64,000 nucleotides of DNA from Octopus sinensis (Eukaryota): contig NC_043015.1 of the NCBI RefSeq assembly GCF_006345805.1, positions 16,740,001 through 16,804,000 of the forward strand, written 5' to 3'. The stretch's first letter is position 1. Each line of letters opens with the position of its first letter. The position numbers and the translations under genes are program-made. This document shows, piece by piece, positions 60,601 to 64,000 of the stretch. The notes under the pieces were generated by a model that was given only the letters and a program-made list of their open reading frames with translations, did no database searches and was not told the origin of the DNA.

Positions 60601-62152
60601 TTTCATTTCTAACATAATTGTTCAGCAGAAAATTAAGGGAGGTGTTTTATTTTTTCCGAACATGCCACCAAAAAAATAAAGAAATAGGGATGTGAAGAAA
60701 GGAAAAAGATAAAGAGGAGGAAACTGGAAGGCAAAACAGAAAAGTATTGAAAATAGGTACTCATCATCATCATCATCATCATCATCATTTAACGTCCGCT
60801 TTCCATGCTAGCATGGGTTGGACGATTTGACAGAAGACTGGCAAACCAGATGGCTGCACCAGGCTGCAATCTGATCCGGCAGAGTTTCTAAAGCTGGATG
60901 CCCTCCCTAACGCCAACCACTCCGAGAGTAGTGGGTGCTTTTATGTGCCACTGGCACGAGGGCCAGTCTGGCAGTACTGGCAACGGCCACACTCAAATGG
61001 TGTTTTTTTACATGCCACCTGCACTGGCAACAACCTTGCTCAAATGTTTTGTTCATGTGCCACCGGCATTTTACTAAAACAACCAACTCTACTGTAAACT
61101 ACTTTCAATTTATTGAATGCAGTTCCTTCCACTTAAAACTACTTATAAACTATAAGTGGTGGCTAAACTAATTTACAAAGCCCTTCATTCAGTAAAACAG
61201 TCAGTCTTTCTATCTGTAAGATAAACCTTATTTTTTTAGAGAAATATTTGTTACACAGCAATTGAGAAACTACAAAAATAAGTCATGGAAATATTCCTTA
61301 TCATGAATGAAAAATAATTCACTGAAACTTATCAGTTACTGCTTTATGTATGAGGAGGTTTCTGTTAGGATATTTCACTGAGATGAAAATATGTTAATAT
61401 TTGGGACAAAATTGTTATTAAAATAATTTGACATTCTTCATTTGCCACAAATCTAACTAATCTACACATACTCAAAAATATTGGAGATTTTATGTGGTTG
61501 CTCAACCTGCTAGAAGTAGCTGACAAATCTTCAACTCATCCAGAAAGATACATCACTATAGTGAAAACAGTACCTTAAGGAATGTTGTTTATGGTGAAGT
61601 CTTCTGTGTCAGTGTAAATATTGTATAAACCAAGTTTGCAGAATGTGAAATAAAATATTTTTAAAATAAAAGTTTGTAGCTAAACAATATTAAAAAATTA
61701 TTTATGAAACATTCATTGAGGAAGATAACCTAAAGTTCAATAATTTGCTCATTTAAAAAGTACTTGATAGATTTATTTTCTTGAAAATGGAGATAACTTT
61801 AATGACTTTCTAATTTTTTTAAATACTCTTTGTGTTTTAAACTGAATATATTTTATATTATAGGTAAATGGATAAACAATATAATTTTAAAATTTTATCA
61901 TTGTGCTCTCATCAAAGCAATGAACATTGAACTGGTATTTACATAAGTTTATTCTCAAAAGTTCTGAAATGTTTTAATAATAAATGTTAAGAAAACTAGT
62001 CAGTTTTAACTGATGATAGTATACTAGAAGTTTTGTTTGATCAGTAGTAAAAATTTACTCAATATTTTATTTAGAAACCTCCTTTAAATAATATTTAATA
62101 TATTGTTTTATTTTTTGTAGTGGTTTAGTTAAGCGAACAAACTTGTCAAAAG
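57604..62152 (+). CDS. HADHB: Mitochondrial trifunctional enzyme subunit beta (3-ketoacyl-CoA thiolase); N-terminal exons, gene continues past the window
   Basis: Exons 57604-57651, 58748-58877 and 62121-62152 splice in frame to ...[69 protein letters not shown], matching human [48 protein letters not shown]. Confidence 0.93.
57991..58211. mobile_element. piggyBac-type MITE
   Basis: TTAA|CCCTTTAGCATT ... AATACTAAAGGG|TTAA; 12-bp near-perfect TIR. Confidence 0.75.
58748..58877 (+). CDS. HADHB: HADHB exon ([42 protein letters not shown])
   Basis: 130 nt, ttgtag| ... |gtaagt; thiolase N-terminal signature. Confidence 0.95.
59750..60402 (+). mobile_element. CR1-like LINE 3' fragment
   Basis: [64 protein letters not shown]; (TAT)n tail near 60393. 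Confidence 0.88.
60763..61070 (-). mobile_element. RTE LINE 3' end
   Basis: (CAT)n, then tttaacgtccgctttccatgctagcatgggttggacg and 1-3 UTR repeat units. Confidence 0.88.
62121..62152 (+). CDS. HADHB: HADHB micro-exon ([10 protein letters not shown])
   Basis: 32 nt, ttgtag| ... |gtaaat; phase matches the previous exon. Confidence 0.85.
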
Positions 62153-62539
62153 GTAAATTTATTTTTTCATATTATTAGATGTGAGAGTTGTGAGTGGACC
62201 ATTATGTTTGTATATTATGTTTGAATTGTGACTGCTATATTAGGTTTAATGGAGAGAAAGGAAATACTGGGAGTAAGGAAAGTTTGTGTAGACACTAGCT
62301 TCAATAAGATATTTATAACCAACTTTTTATAAATTTCTAAGCAACAATGGGCAGGTGAGAGTAGCTAAAACAGATAATTGTTTCTGAACTATTTCACATT
62401 CTGTTTATTATATTGGCATAATGACTCTTCCTAGACACAACAAAATTACATGGAATAAGTTAAGTCATAAGTAATTTGCAGTTACTTTATTATTGTCTAA
62501 TTTATGAAGCTGGGAAACAGTTTCAAATTCTTGACAATT

Positions 62540-64000
62540 AACAGAATAATTAAGCTTCCGCAAGTCATAAGCAACATGACAACTATGATCTCTGCACATG
62601 CACCCCAATCAAGTAGTAGGACTGTTTCTATGAGATCTTCTTGCAGACCAGCTCAATAACAAATGATGGCGAGTCTGGTATTACAGCTGGTTACTTTAAT
62701 AGACGTATTAGACTACATCATGATGGTTATCTGATATACAAGAAGACTATAGATATAATACAGGGAATGAAATCTTTTTGAGTTCCATGATGCAACTGAC
62801 TATAACCATTTGCAACACTAGCTTCAAGAAACCTACCAATCAGGTAGAATTCCTATTCATAAGGAATTAAAATAGGCAGATGGTTGTGAATATTCTTTCC
62901 ATGGTGAAAAATATACCATTCAATGTAGACAAGGTATATCAGAGTCAGAGTGAGATGAACAAGACAGTCTGAGCAAAGAAGGTAGGGAAAGACGTAAGTT
63001 CAAAAACGTATTAGCTGATATGAATGACAAGGAAAGGGAGGACAGAAAATAAATAGGTGTTTAAATGACAATCTGCTGTCAGCCACAGACTATATCAGTG
63101 TATAGAGCAATGTAGAGAGTGACACAAAACTAGATAAGTTAGATGTTGGTTATATTTAGGACAGAGAGAAACTGAATGTAAGAGGCTTGGTAATGTTCTC
63201 TAACAAGATCAGAGGTGTGAGGTGTTCTGAACTGCAATGTGTTAGGACAAGTGATGCCACAAGAGAGAAGTGTCTACAGAATAATAGCAGTGAATGTGCA
63301 TCATTGCTACTAAGAAGTGGAATAGAAATGTAATTATGAGATTTATGTAATTATGCTGAATGTAGAAAATATGTGAAGGACAAGTGATTATTGAAGTTGA
63401 CAGCTAATCAATCGAAAGTGCACTTCAATATACCAGCATGCACTATTAGGAATAGTTGCTGAGATGTTGAAAATCTCTGGTAAAATAAGAAATTTTGTCA
63501 CTTGCAAAGTTACTTAGTTATTTAGCCCTAGATCTACATTGTTCAATCAGGCCTATATTTGAAGGTATTGCAGCTATGTCAATCCTTTTTTACTGTGTGC
63601 GGAGAACACAGGATCACAATATCCAATGTGCCTTTCTTAATATAGTACAGGAAAGTGTCATACCCAGTAACTGGCATAGCAATATCCTCAGCAACTATTA
63701 CAAAGGCGAAAGAAATGCTCTTAAAAGAAGCAACTTCAGATGTATGAAACTGATGAACCAAGTTATAGCACAACTAATAAGGAAGTTAATTAGCTAAGAT
63801 GATATGAAATTAAGGTTTGTGTCAGAAGAGGTTAACACTGATGTCCTCTTTCTAGTGAAACTGCTACAGGTGCTTTTCTTAACTAAAAGCATTCACACAT
63901 GCTCTGTAGTCCAGTGGTTGCCAAGAAAACATTGTAGATAAATGGCATGTGAGAGTTGTACAAACCGTGTACAGAAATGCCATCTACAAGGTGAGTTAGC
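62540..64000 (+). mobile_element. Old interrupted RTE LINE (endonuclease remnant 62540-62850; RT remnant 63480-64000)
   Basis: MISAHAPQS and ICNTSFKKP (APE motifs); VIPSNW..NYYKGE..ALKRSNFRCMKLMNQV. Confidence 0.6.

Overview
AT-rich (compound TA/CA microsatellites, spliceosomal introns) animal genomic DNA. The repeat families most resemble those I recall from octopod cephalopods (inference). The backbone is a divergently oriented pair of fatty-acid beta-oxidation genes. HADHA (trifunctional enzyme alpha) is on the minus strand: 17 GT-AG exons from 47185 down to the stop at 9508 join in frame to 613 aa, and its first ~150 codons are missing, probably in the 100-N gap at 51432-51531. HADHB (beta subunit, thiolase) is on the plus strand: three coding exons at 57604-62152, continuing beyond the window. 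An intronless 560-aa orphan membrane-protein ORF lies at 1158-2840 (-). Introns are packed with decayed mobile DNA: RTE LINEs carrying a PHD finger, CR1-like LINEs, a Penelope element, mariner, Merlin, Helitron, Gypsy, MITEs and SINEs. Top leads: (1) an endogenous parvovirus NS1/Rep fragment filling most of one HADHA intron; (2) a minimal type I hammerhead ribozyme motif on the HADHA sense strand; (3) the orphan ORF; (4) head-to-head HADHA/HADHB linkage as in vertebrates; (5) long inverted repeats in several HADHA introns that are candidate dsRNA/ADAR substrates. All calls are by eye; no searches were run.
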